A stretch of 64,000 nucleotides of DNA from an uncultured Solirubrobacterales bacterium (GTDB lineage: Bacteria > Actinomycetota > Thermoleophilia > Solirubrobacterales > Solirubrobacteraceae), in NCBI GenBank assembly GCA_963786535.1, contig CAWAZI010000002.1, positions 45,499 to 109,498 of the forward strand. Direction: 5' to 3'. How positions within the stretch are numbered: position 1 is the stretch's first letter; every line of letters begins with the position of its first letter. Made by a program: the position numbers and the translations under genes. Below, in pieces: positions 54,087 to 64,000 of the stretch. The notes under the pieces are model-generated. The model made no database searches and was not told the DNA's origin. It worked only from the letters and a program-made list of their open reading frames with translations.

Positions 54087-54252
54087 GCCAGTGCCGCGAG
54101 ACCGTGCGCGGCGCCGACCAGTGCGGTGACCGGCGCCGACTGCACCACTCGGTGAACCGGGCTATGGGTCACCTCCCAAACCAGTCCGCCACATCGTCCC
54201 CCGGCGCTGGCTAGACTTCTCCGGGCCGCGTGTCCCCGGCCACGTACCCACC

Positions 54253-55524
54253 ATGCTCTCCACGATCCTCAACGCGTTTCAGGTAGCGGACATCCGCCGC
54301 AAGCTCGGCTTCACCGCGGCGATGCTCCTGATCTATCGCGTCGGCTCCCATGTGCCGGTGCCGGGCGTCAACCTCACGGCCGTCAACAACATCCAAAAGC
54401 AGTTCGGCGGCTCGGGCATCCTCAGCTACCTGAACCTGTTCTCCGGCGGCGGCCTGTCGCGGATCGCGCTGTTCGCGCTGGGGATCATGCCCTACATCAC
54501 CGCCTCGATCATCCTGCAGCTGCTGCAGGTGGTCGTTCCCTCGCTGGAAAAGCTCTCCAAGGAAGGCGAGGTGGGCCAGGCCCGCATCACCCAGTACACC
54601 CGCTACCTCACGGTCGGGCTCGCGTTCGCCCAGTCGATCGGCTACGTGTTCCTGTTCCACTCCCTCCAGGCCAAGGCCGGCGAATCGGTCGTCACCCACT
54701 TCGACGCCCCGCACATCTTCCTGATCGTCGTCTGCCTGACGACCGGCTGCGTGCTGCTGATGTGGATCGGCGAGCTGATCACTCAGCGCGGCATCGGCAA
54801 CGGCATCTCGCTGCTGATATTCGCCTCGATCGTCTCGCGCCTGCCCTCGGGCATCCAGCAGTGGTGGACAACCCAGGATCAGGTGTTCAAGGTGATGATG
54901 CCCTTCCTCGTGCTCGCCGTCGTCGCGGGGATCGTGTTTGTGCAGGAGGGCCAGCGGCGCATCCCCGTGCAGTACGCCAAGCGCGTGATCGGGCGGCGCA
55001 TGTCCGAGGGCGGCCAGACATACCTGCCCCTGCGCGTGAACATGGCCGGCGTCATTCCGGTGATCTTCGCCGCGAGCCTCATGGCCTTCCCGCCGACCGT
55101 AGGACAGCTCGTGAAAACCCACTGGGGCACCCAGGTCTCCGACTTCTTCACGCCCAACGGCTGGCACTACATCGCCGGGCAGTCGCTGCTCATCCTGCTG
55201 TTCACCTACTTCTACACCGCCGTCACGTTCAACCCGGTCGACCAGGCCGACAACCTCAAGAAGTACGGCGGCTTCATCCCCGGCGTGCGTCCCGGGCGCC
55301 CGACCGCCGAATTCCTCGATCGCATCCTCGCGCGCCTGACGTTCCCCGGCGCCCTCTTCCTCGCCGCCGTCGCGGCATTGCCCGCGATCCTGTTCGCGCG
55401 CACCCACCAGCAGTTTCAGTTCGGCGGCACCTCGATCCTGATCGTGATCGGAGTCGCGCTGGAAACGATGAAGCAGCTCGAGGCTCAGCTGATGATGCGC
55501 AGCTATGAGGGGTTCTTGAAGTGA
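54253..55524 (+). CDS. secY: Preprotein translocase SecY
   Basis: LGIMPYITASI, GIGNGISL, IPGVRPG and GGTSILI motifs. Confidence 0.97.
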   Translation: MLSTILNAFQVADIRRKLGFTAAMLLIYRVGSHVPVPGVNLTAVNNIQKQFGGSGILSYLNLFSGGGLSRIALFALGIMPYITASIILQLLQVVVPSLEKLSKEGEVGQARITQYTRYLTVGLAFAQSIGYVFLFHSLQAKAGESVVTHFDAPHIFLIVVCLTTGCVLLMWIGELITQRGIGNGISLLIFASIVSRLPSGIQQWWTTQDQVFKVMMPFLVLAVVAGIVFVQEGQRRIPVQYAKRVIGRRMSEGGQTYLPLRVNMAGVIPVIFAASLMAFPPTVGQLVKTHWGTQVSDFFTPNGWHYIAGQSLLILLFTYFYTAVTFNPVDQADNLKKYGGFIPGVRPGRPTAEFLDRILARLTFPGALFLAAVAALPAILFARTHQQFQFGGTSILIVIGVALETMKQLEAQLMMRSYEGFLK

Positions 55525-55634
55525 TGCTTCTTCGGGGGGTGGTCGGGAGGGGGGCCTGCCCCACTCCCGTGCGAGAGATGAAGCAGCTCGAGGCTCAGCT
55601 GATGATGCGCTCCTACGAGGGCTTCCTGAAGTAA
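55468..55634 (+). repeat. Direct duplication of the last 57 nt of secY around a 53-nt spacer
   Basis: 55468-55524 vs 55578-55634: first 33 nt identical, six differences, all synonymous (both encode MKQLEAQLMMRSYEGFLK*). Confidence 0.95.
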
Positions 55635-55644
55635 TCTCGGACTT

Positions 55645-56325
55645 GTGGAGTCCGAGCTCAACTTGATCCTGCTCGGTCCGCCGGGCGCGGGGAAGGGCAC
55701 TCAGGCCGAGCGCCTGCGCGAAGACTTTGGCCTGCCCCACATCTCCACCGGGGACATGCTCCGCGCTCAGGTCGCCTCCGGCTCGGAGCTCGGCGTCCAG
55801 GCCAAGCGCTATATGGATGCTGGCGAGCTCGTGCCCGACGAGGTGATCGTCGGCATGATCGTCCAGCGAATCTCCGACGCCGACGCCGGCGACGGATTCC
55901 TGCTCGACGGGTTTCCGCGCAACGAGACCCAGGCCCAGGCGCTCGCGCAGGCGATCGGCGGTCTCGACCGCCGGCTCACCGCGGTGCTGGCGATCGAGGT
56001 CTCAGACCAGGAGGTCGTCCGCCGCCTGTCAGGGCGGCGCGTGTGCGTGAAGAACCCCGGTCACATCTACCACGTCGAGCTCGACCCGCCCAAGCACGAC
56101 GGCGTCTGTGACCAGGATGGCTCGCGCCTGATCCAGCGCGACGACGACTGCGAGGAGACGATCCTCCGGCGCCTGGAGGTCTACCACCGCCAGACCGCGC
56201 CGCTGATCGGCTACTACGATCGCGCCGGCCTGCTGCGGCGCTTCGACGGGCGCCGCAGCGCCGACGAAGTCCACGATCGCATTCGCGCCACCCTCGCGAC
56301 GCTGCGCCTGGAGGAGAAGCTGTAG
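55645..56325 (+). CDS. adk: Adenylate kinase
   Basis: GPPGAGKGTQA, ISTGDMLR and LDGFPR motifs. Confidence 0.97.
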   Translation: MESELNLILLGPPGAGKGTQAERLREDFGLPHISTGDMLRAQVASGSELGVQAKRYMDAGELVPDEVIVGMIVQRISDADAGDGFLLDGFPRNETQAQALAQAIGGLDRRLTAVLAIEVSDQEVVRRLSGRRVCVKNPGHIYHVELDPPKHDGVCDQDGSRLIQRDDDCEETILRRLEVYHRQTAPLIGYYDRAGLLRRFDGRRSADEVHDRIRATLATLRLEEKL

Positions 56326-56348
56326 GCGCGGGCAGCTAAGCTCGTGCG

Positions 56349-57155
56349 GTGATCATCAAGAAGTCCCCCGAGGAGATCGACCGTATGGCGCGCGCGGGCG
56401 AGGTGCTCGTCGCGACCCTCGACCTGCTGGAGGGCCACATCCGTCCGGGGGTCACCACGGCCGAGCTCGACGCCGTTGCCGAGCGGTTCATCCGCTCCCG
56501 CGACGCCACCCCTGCGTTCAAGGGCTATCGCGGGTTCCCCGGCTCGATCTGCGCGTCGCCGAACGCGATGGTCGTGCACGGCATACCTGGCCCCTACACG
56601 CTCGCGCCGGGCGATGTGATCTCGATCGACGTCGGCGTCACCCTCGACGGCTGGGTCGCCGACGCGGCGCGGACGTTCCCCGTCGGGGAGATCGACCCGG
56701 TCGCCCAGAACCTGCTCGCCGCGACCCTTCAGTCGCTGCATGCAGGGGTCGAGCGGTGCCGCGCGGGCAATCGCCTGGGCGACCTCTCCAGTGCGATCCA
56801 GCGCGCCGCCGAGGGCGCCGGGCTGTCGGTGATCCGCTCGCTGGTCGGACACGGCATCGGGCGCTCCATGCACGAGGATCCCCAGGTACCCAACTATGGC
56901 CGGCCCGGCCGCGGTCCGCTGCTTCAGGAGGGCATGGTCCTCGCCGTCGAGCCGATGATGACCGCCGGGCGCGCCGGCGTCCGGGTCGCCGGCGATGGCT
57001 GGGCGATCTTCTCCCAGGACGGCTCCCCCGCGGCGCACTTCGAGTTCACGATCGCGATCGCCGCCGACGGTCCGCGCATCCTCACTCCGTGGCACCTGCC
57101 GCCCGAGGAGCGCCCCACCGTGAGCGAGCCCCAGGCCGCGGCGAGCGCGAGCTGA
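56349..57155 (+). CDS. map: Methionine aminopeptidase type I
   Basis: VHGIPG, GHGIGRSMHEDP and AVEPM motifs. Confidence 0.96.
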   Translation: MIIKKSPEEIDRMARAGEVLVATLDLLEGHIRPGVTTAELDAVAERFIRSRDATPAFKGYRGFPGSICASPNAMVVHGIPGPYTLAPGDVISIDVGVTLDGWVADAARTFPVGEIDPVAQNLLAATLQSLHAGVERCRAGNRLGDLSSAIQRAAEGAGLSVIRSLVGHGIGRSMHEDPQVPNYGRPGRGPLLQEGMVLAVEPMMTAGRAGVRVAGDGWAIFSQDGSPAAHFEFTIAIAADGPRILTPWHLPPEERPTVSEPQAAASAS

Positions 57156-57326
57156 CGTCCGATCGACCCTGGGCGCGGGCGTTTGCTCCGGGCTCTGGAG
57201 TTGCTACCATCCGCAGTCCTGCTCGAACGCGAGGTCGTACGCGCGCGCGAGAGCGTATCCACGACTTGGTAGCGGCGGCCACCACGGCAGCCAGAGCCGG
57301 GTCGCCGGGACCAGCCGAAAGGGATC

Positions 57327-57440
57327 ATGAAGGTCAGACCGTCGGTCAAGCCGATGTGCGAGAAGTGCAAGATCATCCGCCGCCACGGAGCGGTGCTGGT
57401 CATCTGCCAAAACAAGCGTCACAAGCAGCGCCAGGGATAA
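57327..57440 (+). CDS. rpmJ: 50S ribosomal protein L36; not in the ORF track
   Basis: Translates as [37 protein letters not shown]. Confidence 0.96.
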   Translation: MKVRPSVKPMCEKCKIIRRHGAVLVICQNKRHKQRQG

Positions 57441-57450
57441 GCGGGCACTG

Positions 57451-57834
57451 ATGGCAAGAATCGCGGGAGTCAACCTGCCTCTGAACAAGCGCTCGGAGAT
57501 CGGTCTGACCTACATCTACGGGGTCGGCCGGTCGACCTCGAACCGGATCCTGGCCGAGGTCGGGGTCAGCCCCGATACCTACGTGCGCGATCTAACCGAG
57601 GACGAGGTCGCGAAACTGCGCGACGCGATCGACCGCTCGCTGACCGTCGAGGGCGATCTGCGCCGGGAACGCTCCCAGGACATCAAACGCCTGCAGGAGA
57701 TCGCCTGCTATCGGGGACTGCGCCATCGTCGCGGGCTGCCCGTACGCGGGCAGAAGACCAAGACCAACGCTCGCACGCGCAAGGGCCCCAAGCGGATGCA
57801 GATCGCGGGCAAGAAGAAAGCCGGTAAGAAGTAA
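57451..57834 (+). CDS. rpsM: 30S ribosomal protein S13
   Basis: [10 protein letters not shown] and [14 protein letters not shown] motifs. Confidence 0.97.
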   Translation: MARIAGVNLPLNKRSEIGLTYIYGVGRSTSNRILAEVGVSPDTYVRDLTEDEVAKLRDAIDRSLTVEGDLRRERSQDIKRLQEIACYRGLRHRRGLPVRGQKTKTNARTRKGPKRMQIAGKKKAGKK

Positions 57835-58226
57835 TGGCCCCCCCGAAACGCGCGCGCGGCAAACGCAAGCCGAAGAAGAATATCCCGATCGGCCAGGCTC
57901 ACATCAAGACTTCGTTCAACAACACCATCGTCTCGCTGACCGACACCACCGGCAACGTGATCGCCTGGGAGTCCGCGGGCGGCGCCGGGTTCAAGGGCTC
58001 GCGCAAGTCCACGCCGTTCGCCGCCCAGGTGACCGCCGACGCGGCTGCGCGCAAGGGCCTGGAGCAGGGGTTGCAAAAGGTCGAGGTCTACGTCAAGGGT
58101 CCCGGCTCGGGCCGTGAGACGGCGATCCGCTCGCTGCAGGCCGCGGGCCTCGAGGTGACCGGCGTCAAGGATGTGACCCCGCAGGCGCACAACGGCTGCC
58201 GTCCGCGCAAGCGCAGGCGCGTCTGA
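57834..58226 (+). CDS. rpsK: 30S ribosomal protein S11
   Basis: [15 protein letters not shown] and HNGCRP motifs. Confidence 0.97.
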   Translation: MAPPKRARGKRKPKKNIPIGQAHIKTSFNNTIVSLTDTTGNVIAWESAGGAGFKGSRKSTPFAAQVTADAAARKGLEQGLQKVEVYVKGPGSGRETAIRSLQAAGLEVTGVKDVTPQAHNGCRPRKRRRV

Positions 58227-58359
58227 GATGGCCGTGAGCACTTCGCCATACGGCGTCCTCGCTCGCTCGCGTACCGAGCACACCACGCTCGCTGCGTCCT
58301 TGACCAACGGCTTCGCCGTCGGTGCCCGCTCGACTCACGACCATCTCAGGAGCTGGTGA
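58223..58359 (+). repeat. Junction hairpin element, copy E (mini-ORF 58228..58359)
   Basis: 15/16 arms ctgagatggccgtgag/ctcacgaccatctcag, nearly identical to copy B; the ORF stop overlaps the rpsD start (TGATG). Confidence 0.9.
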
Positions 58360-58979
58360 TGGCCAGAGATACGGGCGCCCAGTGCAAGCAGTGCCGCCGC
58401 GAGGGGCAGAAGCTGTTCCTCAAGGGCGAGCGCTGCCTGACGGACAAGTGCGGCGTGGAGCGCCGCGCCTACCCGCCGGGCGAGCACGGCCGCGGGCGGA
58501 TGAAACAGAGCGAGTACCGTCTGCAGCTGCGCGAGAAGCAGAAGGCGCGCCGCTACTACGGAGTGCTCGAGCGCCAGTTCCACGGCTACTACGAAAAGGC
58601 GTCGCGCCAGCCGGGGATCACGGGCGAGAACCTGCTCGCGCTGCTGGAGTGTCGCTTTGACAACGTGCTGGTGCGCCTCGGCTTCGCCGCCTCCCGGAGG
58701 CAGGCCCGCCAGCTGATCCGCCACGGCCATTGGACGGTCAACGGCCGGCGGGTGAACATCCCCAGCTATCAGGTGCGCCCGGGCGAGGTGATCGCGATCA
58801 AGGCGGGCACCGCGGCGACGCAGGTGGTCAGGGATGCGACCGAGCTCACAGGACAGATACCCGCGTGGCTGCAGGCCGATCACGAGTCGCTCACGGCCAA
58901 GGTGCTGCGCAAGCCGGAGCGACGCGAGGTGGCCGCGCCGGTGCAGGAGCAGCTCATCGTCGAGCTGTACTCGAAGTAG
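58359..58979 (+). CDS. rpsD: 30S ribosomal protein S4
   Basis: [22 protein letters not shown] and IVELYSK motifs. Confidence 0.97.
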   Translation: MARDTGAQCKQCRREGQKLFLKGERCLTDKCGVERRAYPPGEHGRGRMKQSEYRLQLREKQKARRYYGVLERQFHGYYEKASRQPGITGENLLALLECRFDNVLVRLGFAASRRQARQLIRHGHWTVNGRRVNIPSYQVRPGEVIAIKAGTAATQVVRDATELTGQIPAWLQADHESLTAKVLRKPERREVAAPVQEQLIVELYSK

Positions 58980-59087
58980 CGACTTTGCCCATGCCGTCAT
59001 CATTCCGCCCGCGGGCGGGGAGACGGCGCTCCGGAGTCGGTGCCCGTGAGGGCGCCGGTGCGAGACCAATACGACGTTAGGACGCTG

Positions 59088-60071
59088 ATGCTCGACTTCC
59101 AAATCCCCCGGATCACATCCGAGTCCGTGGAGCAGAACCGCGGCACGTTCACCATCGAGCCGCTCGACCGCGGCTTCGGCTACACGTTCGGCAACTCGCT
59201 CAGGCGCGTGTTGCTCTCCTCGCTGGCGGGCGCCGCCGTCACGAGCGTGCGCATCGAGGGCGTGGCGCACGAGTTCTCCACGATTCCAGGCGTCAAGGAA
59301 GACGTGACCGACATCGTGCTCAACCTCAAGGGCATCGTCTGTCGCATGCACTCCGACGCGACCGAGGTCGAGGCGCCGCTGGTCGTGACCGGGCCGGGGG
59401 ACATCACCGCCAAGGACATCGACCTGCCCGCGGGCGTGGAGATCCTCAATCCCGACGTGCACGTCGCGACGCTCGAGAAGAAAACCAAGCTCGAGCTGTA
59501 CATGACGATCGGCCGCGGCCGCGGATACAGGCCGGCCGAGGAGAACAAGTCTGCCGACCAGCCGATCGGCGTGATCCCGATCGACTCGATCTTCTCACCC
59601 GTGCGGCGGGTGGCCTATGCGGTCGAGGGCGCGCGCGTCGGGCAGAAGACCGACTTCGACAAGCTCACGCTCGACATCGAGACCGACGGCTCGATCGATC
59701 CCCAGGCCGCGTTGCGCGAGGCGGCCGAGCTGCTGATCTCACAGCTGGCGATCTTCACCGACGCCGATCGCATCCAGGAGCTGCGCGCCACGCCCGGCGG
59801 TCAGCTCGACGGACACGGCCTCGCGGTCTCCGGCGCGGGTGGCGCGCCCGCGGGCGCGTTGCAGGGCGAGGAGTGGGGCATCCTGATCGAGGAGCTCGAG
59901 CTCGGCGTGCGCTCCTACAACTGCCTCAAGCGCGCCGGCATCCAGACCGTCGGGGACCTCATTTCCAAGTCCGAGGCGGAGCTCAACGCGATCCCGAACT
60001 TCGGCAAAAAGTCGATCGACGAGGTCATCGAGACGCTGCACGCGCGAGGGCTGAACCTGCGTCAGGACTAG
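59088..60071 (+). CDS. rpoA: RNA polymerase alpha subunit
   Basis: PLDRGFGYTFGNSLRRVLLSS, VRSYNCLKR and PNFGKKS motifs. Confidence 0.97.
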   Translation: MLDFQIPRITSESVEQNRGTFTIEPLDRGFGYTFGNSLRRVLLSSLAGAAVTSVRIEGVAHEFSTIPGVKEDVTDIVLNLKGIVCRMHSDATEVEAPLVVTGPGDITAKDIDLPAGVEILNPDVHVATLEKKTKLELYMTIGRGRGYRPAEENKSADQPIGVIPIDSIFSPVRRVAYAVEGARVGQKTDFDKLTLDIETDGSIDPQAALREAAELLISQLAIFTDADRIQELRATPGGQLDGHGLAVSGAGGAPAGALQGEEWGILIEELELGVRSYNCLKRAGIQTVGDLISKSEAELNAIPNFGKKSIDEVIETLHARGLNLRQD

Positions 60072-60263
60072 ACTCGCTTGGGCAATTTGCGTCAGACTAC
60101 GCACGCAAGGCGCACAACTTTGTGACTGGATGGATGTGGTGTATTAAGTTTTTGGACCGCGTATAACTATGGCGCACCAAGTAAAAAATATATATACCAA
60201 CACCCAGCCCTCACGGTGGCGACCCAGGCCCGGACTCAGACTCAAGCCCGGACCCAGACCCAC

Positions 60264-60617
60264 ATGAGACATCAAAAGACCAAACACAAGCTCAGCAGGA
60301 CCAGCGCCCATCGCAAGGCGCTGCTGATGAATCTCTCCAAGGAGATCATCGAGCACGAGCGGATCGAAACGACCTCGGCGAAGGCTCGCGCCGTCAAACC
60401 CGAGGTCGAGCGGTTGATCACGCTGGCCAAGCGCAGCGACCTGCACGCGCGCCGCCAGGCGCTGTCGCGCCTCGCGCAGGACAAGTTCGCGGTGCACAAG
60501 CTGTTCGAGGATCTCGCCCCCCGCTACGCCGACCGTCCCGGCGGGTATACGCGCATCCTCAAGCTCGGTCCCCGCCGCTCGGATGCGACCGAGATGGTGT
60601 TCATCGAGCTGGTGTAG
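60264..60617 (+). CDS. rplQ: 50S ribosomal protein L17
   Basis: MRHQK..LSRTSAHRKAL and RPGGYTRI motifs. Confidence 0.96.
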   Translation: MRHQKTKHKLSRTSAHRKALLMNLSKEIIEHERIETTSAKARAVKPEVERLITLAKRSDLHARRQALSRLAQDKFAVHKLFEDLAPRYADRPGGYTRILKLGPRRSDATEMVFIELV

Positions 60618-60621
60618 GCCG

Positions 60622-61368
60622 CTGGTCACGAAGCTGACGTTCGAGTACGACGGAACCAACTTCATCGGCTGGGCGCGCCAGCCTGGGCTACGTACTGTGC
60701 AGGAAGAGGTCGAGCGGGTGCTGCGCACCGTCCTCGGCGAGACGTCCACGACCGGGACGCCGTTGACGCTGACCGTCGCGGGACGCACCGATCGTGGCGT
60801 GCACGCGTGGGGCCAGGTCGCCAGCTACGAGCACGAGGCCGTCGATCCGCGGCGGCTGAACTCGCTGCTGGGAGAGGACATCTCGATCCTCTCCGCCGAG
60901 CCGGCTGCCGCCGGGTTCGATGCGCGTCGCTCCGCCATCAGCCGGACATACTGCTATCGCCTGCTCACGCGGCGATCGCGCAGCGCGTTCGAGCGCCGCT
61001 ACACGCTGTGGTGGCCGCGTCCACTCGATCGCGACGCACTGGACGAGTGCGCGCGGGCACTCCTCGGCACCCACGACTTCACCGCGTTCACGCCCACCGA
61101 CACTGACCACGTGCACTTCGAGCGGACCGTCCTGTCCGTTGAATGGCGGGTGAACGGGGACATGCTCGAGCTGTGGATCGAGGCCGACACGTTCATGCGG
61201 CACATGGTGCGCATCCTCGTCGGCACGATGCTCGAGGCCGCCTCGGGGCAGCGCCCGTTCGCGCAGTTCCAGCGGCTGCTCGAAGGCAGGCCGCGCGCGG
61301 AGGCGGGACCGACGGCGCTCCCGCACGGCCTGGCGTTGGCCTCGGTCGCCTACCCATCCGACTCCTAA
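60622..61368 (+). CDS. truA: tRNA pseudouridine(38-40) synthase (start uncertain, possibly CTG)
   Basis: YDGTNFIGW, AGRTDRGVHA, GTHDFTAF and FMRHMVR motifs. Confidence 0.92.
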   Translation: MVTKLTFEYDGTNFIGWARQPGLRTVQEEVERVLRTVLGETSTTGTPLTLTVAGRTDRGVHAWGQVASYEHEAVDPRRLNSLLGEDISILSAEPAAAGFDARRSAISRTYCYRLLTRRSRSAFERRYTLWWPRPLDRDALDECARALLGTHDFTAFTPTDTDHVHFERTVLSVEWRVNGDMLELWIEADTFMRHMVRILVGTMLEAASGQRPFAQFQRLLEGRPRAEAGPTALPHGLALASVAYPSDS

Positions 61369-61423
61369 CCAGACCGCCACCGCGAGGGCCGAGCCGGCCC
61401 CTATGCTGAGGGCAGAGATACAG

Positions 61424-62242
61424 ATGCTGAACGTGCTGCTCACCAACGACGATGGAATCGAGGCCGAGGGCCTGCAGACAATGCGCACGGCGCTCGTCGG
61501 GCTGGAGGGCGTCAACCTCGCGGTGATCGCGCCCGACGGCAACCGTTCGGCGATGGCGCGGTCGATCACCACGCGCCGGCCGCTGTGGGTCGCGGAGACA
61601 CCGTTCTCAGACGGCACCGTCGGGTACGCCAGCGACGGCACGCCCGTGGACTGCGTGAGGCTCGCGAGCCTCGGCCTGATCGAGGGCTTTCAGCCCGACC
61701 TGGTCGTCTCGGGCATCAACCACGGGGCGAACCTGGGCGATGACATCACCTACTCCGGCACGGTCGCCGCTGCGCTGGAGGGAGTCGTGCTGGGCATACC
61801 CGCGATCGCCGTCTCCCAGCAGTCGCGCGCGCGGGCGCTGGACTTCCGCTACGACGGCGGGTTCGGGTTCGAGATCGCCGCGGCGTTCGTCGCGCGGCTG
61901 GTGGAGCGGATCGAGGACGTGCCGCTGCCGGCGAGCACGCTGCTGAACGTCAACGTGCCCGCGGGCGAGCCCCAGGGTGTCGAGGTCACGAGCCTGGGCA
62001 AGCGGATCTACGAGGACGAGCTCAAACTCGAGCGCGAGGAGGAGCACCGCCGGCGCTACTGGATCTACGGCTCCGACCCCGGGTTTCACGACGAGCCCGG
62101 CACCGATCTCGCGGCCGTTGCGGCCGGGCGCGTCGCCGTGACCCCCATCCACTTCGACCTGACCGACCGCGCGGGTCTGCAGGCGCTCCGCGGCTTCGAC
62201 CTGGAGGAGCTGCTCGGGCCGGTCGCACCCCGCGCGTCGTGA
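61424..62242 (+). CDS. surE: 5'/3'-nucleotidase SurE
   Basis: LLTNDDG, GTPVDCV and SGINHGAN..YSGTV motifs; alternative start at 61403. Confidence 0.95.
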   Translation: MLNVLLTNDDGIEAEGLQTMRTALVGLEGVNLAVIAPDGNRSAMARSITTRRPLWVAETPFSDGTVGYASDGTPVDCVRLASLGLIEGFQPDLVVSGINHGANLGDDITYSGTVAAALEGVVLGIPAIAVSQQSRARALDFRYDGGFGFEIAAAFVARLVERIEDVPLPASTLLNVNVPAGEPQGVEVTSLGKRIYEDELKLEREEEHRRRYWIYGSDPGFHDEPGTDLAAVAAGRVAVTPIHFDLTDRAGLQALRGFDLEELLGPVAPRAS

Positions 62243-64000
62243 GCGACGCCGACCCGGAGGTGCTGGCGCGCGCGCGGGAGCTGCGCACGCAGCTCGAACA
62301 TCACGCACACCGCTACTACGTGCTCGACGATCCCGAGATCGGCGACGACGAGTACGACGCGCTGCTGGACGCGCTGCGCGCCATCGAGGCCGAGCATCCC
62401 CAGTTGCGCACGCCCGACTCGCCCACCCAGCGGGTCGGGGGCGAGCCGGTGGGGCGGCTGGAGAAGGTCGAGCACCTGGAGCCGATGCTCTCGCTGGGAA
62501 ACGCCCGCACCGAGGAGGAGCTGCGCGCGTGGGTGCAGCGGATGCGCACCCACCTCGCGCGCGAGGGCATCGCCGCGCCGCGGTTCCGATTCGTGGTCGA
62601 GCCGAAGATCGACGGGCTGGCGATCAGCCTCGTCTACCGCGACGGCATGCTGGAGCGAGGGGCGACACGGGGCAACGGCGAGGTGGGGGAGGACGTCACG
62701 CACAACCTGCGCACGATCGGCGCGATCCCGCTGCGCGTCGAGGACGTGCCGCCGCTGCTGGAGGTGCGCGGCGAGGTGTACATGTCGCTGGCCGACTTCG
62801 CCGCGCTGAACGAGCGCCGTGCGCAGGCGGGCGAGTCGACGTTCATGAACCCGCGCAACTCCGCCGCCGGCACGATCCGCCAGCTCGACCCCGCCGACGC
62901 CGCGAGCGGCCGCTGTCGGTGTGGTGCTACCAGGTGGGCGTCGTCGAGGGGCTCTCGTTTCAGAGGCACTCCCAGGCGCTGCACTGGCTGGGAGAGCACC
63001 GGTTTCGCGTCAACCCCGACATCCAGGTGCTGGACAGCGAGGACGAGGTGATCGCGCAGTGCCTGGACTGGCAGCAGCGCCGGGGCGAGCTCGACTTCGA
63101 GATCGACGGGGTCGTCGTGAAGGTCGACGACCTGCGGTTGCAGCGTCGCCTGGGCTCGGTCGGGCGCGATCCGCGCTGGGCGATCGCCTGGAAGTTCCCG
63201 CCGACGACGGCCGTGACGAAGCTCGAGAAGGTGATGTGGAACGTCGGCAAGTTCGGCGACCTGCGCCCATACGCGGTGCTCTCGCCGGTCGCCGTCGAGC
63301 GGCGTGACGATCAAGCTGGCGACGCTGCACAACGAGGAGGACCTGCGCCGCAAGGACATCCGCCCGGGCGAGGACGTGATCGTGATGCGCGCCGGCGACG
63401 TGATCCCGCAGGTGGTCTCGCCGGCGCCGCACGTGCTCGATCGCCCCGGCAAGCGTCCACCGCGCCCGCGTCCGCCCGCGAGGTGTCCGTTCTGCAACAC
63501 CAAGACCGTCAAGCCGCGCGAGGGCGTGTTCACGAAGTGTCCGAACCGCGACTGCCCCGCGCGCGCGTGGCAGCTGCTCAAGCACTTCGTCTCGCAGGGC
63601 GCGCTGGACATCGAGGGCCTCGGCGAGAAGCAGGTCGCACTGCTGCAGGAGCGCGGGCTGGTGCGCACGGACGGCGACTACTACCGTTTGACCGAGGAGC
63701 AGCTGAGTCGAGCTGGAGGGGTTCGCCGAGCAGTCGGCACGCAACCTCATCGACGCGATCGAGGCCTCCAAGCAGCGGCCGTTCGCGCGCGTGCTGTTCG
63801 GGCTGGGCATCGAGGAGGTCGGCGAGGTGACCGCGCGCAACCTCGGCGATGCGCTTTCGCGACATCGACGCATTGCTGCGGGCCACGCCCGAGGAGATCG
63901 CGCAGACGCCCGGGATCGGCGAGAAGATGGCGCGCACGATCCGCGACCAGCTCGACGACGAGCGCATGCGCGCGCTGATCGCCGACCTGCGCAGCGCTGG
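62239..64000 (+). CDS. ligA: NAD-dependent DNA ligase (3' truncated; frameshifts near 62905, 63298, 63705 and 63846)
   Basis: [38 protein letters not shown] and RAGDVIP motifs. Confidence 0.93.

Overview
High-GC actinobacterial DNA, most consistent with Thermoleophilia/Solirubrobacterales (inferred from protein features and gene order). Positions 1-18.6 kb carry cydAB-ndh converging on cydDC, a GH15 hydrolase, zwf, tRNA-Tyr, an RpoD-type sigma factor, an MptA/FolE2-type GTP cyclohydrolase, pgsA, an aldo-keto reductase, clpP and a Ca/H antiporter. Positions 18.7-64 kb are the core cluster rpmG-secE-nusG-rplKAJL-rpoBC, then the str, S10, spc and alpha operons, truA, surE and ligA. Many essential genes have single-base frameshifts, most likely sequencing errors. 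Two non-coding signals stand out. (1) At 6747-6867 there are five abutting perfect 24-bp palindromes, all centred on GCATGC but with unrelated arms. (2) A family of hairpin inserts sits on stop/start junctions of ribosomal operons; most carry a mini-ORF that preserves translational coupling, and some are flanked by recoded duplicates of the neighbouring gene end (rpsS 5' end, secY 3' end). No CRISPR array, integrase, transposase or rRNA gene was seen.
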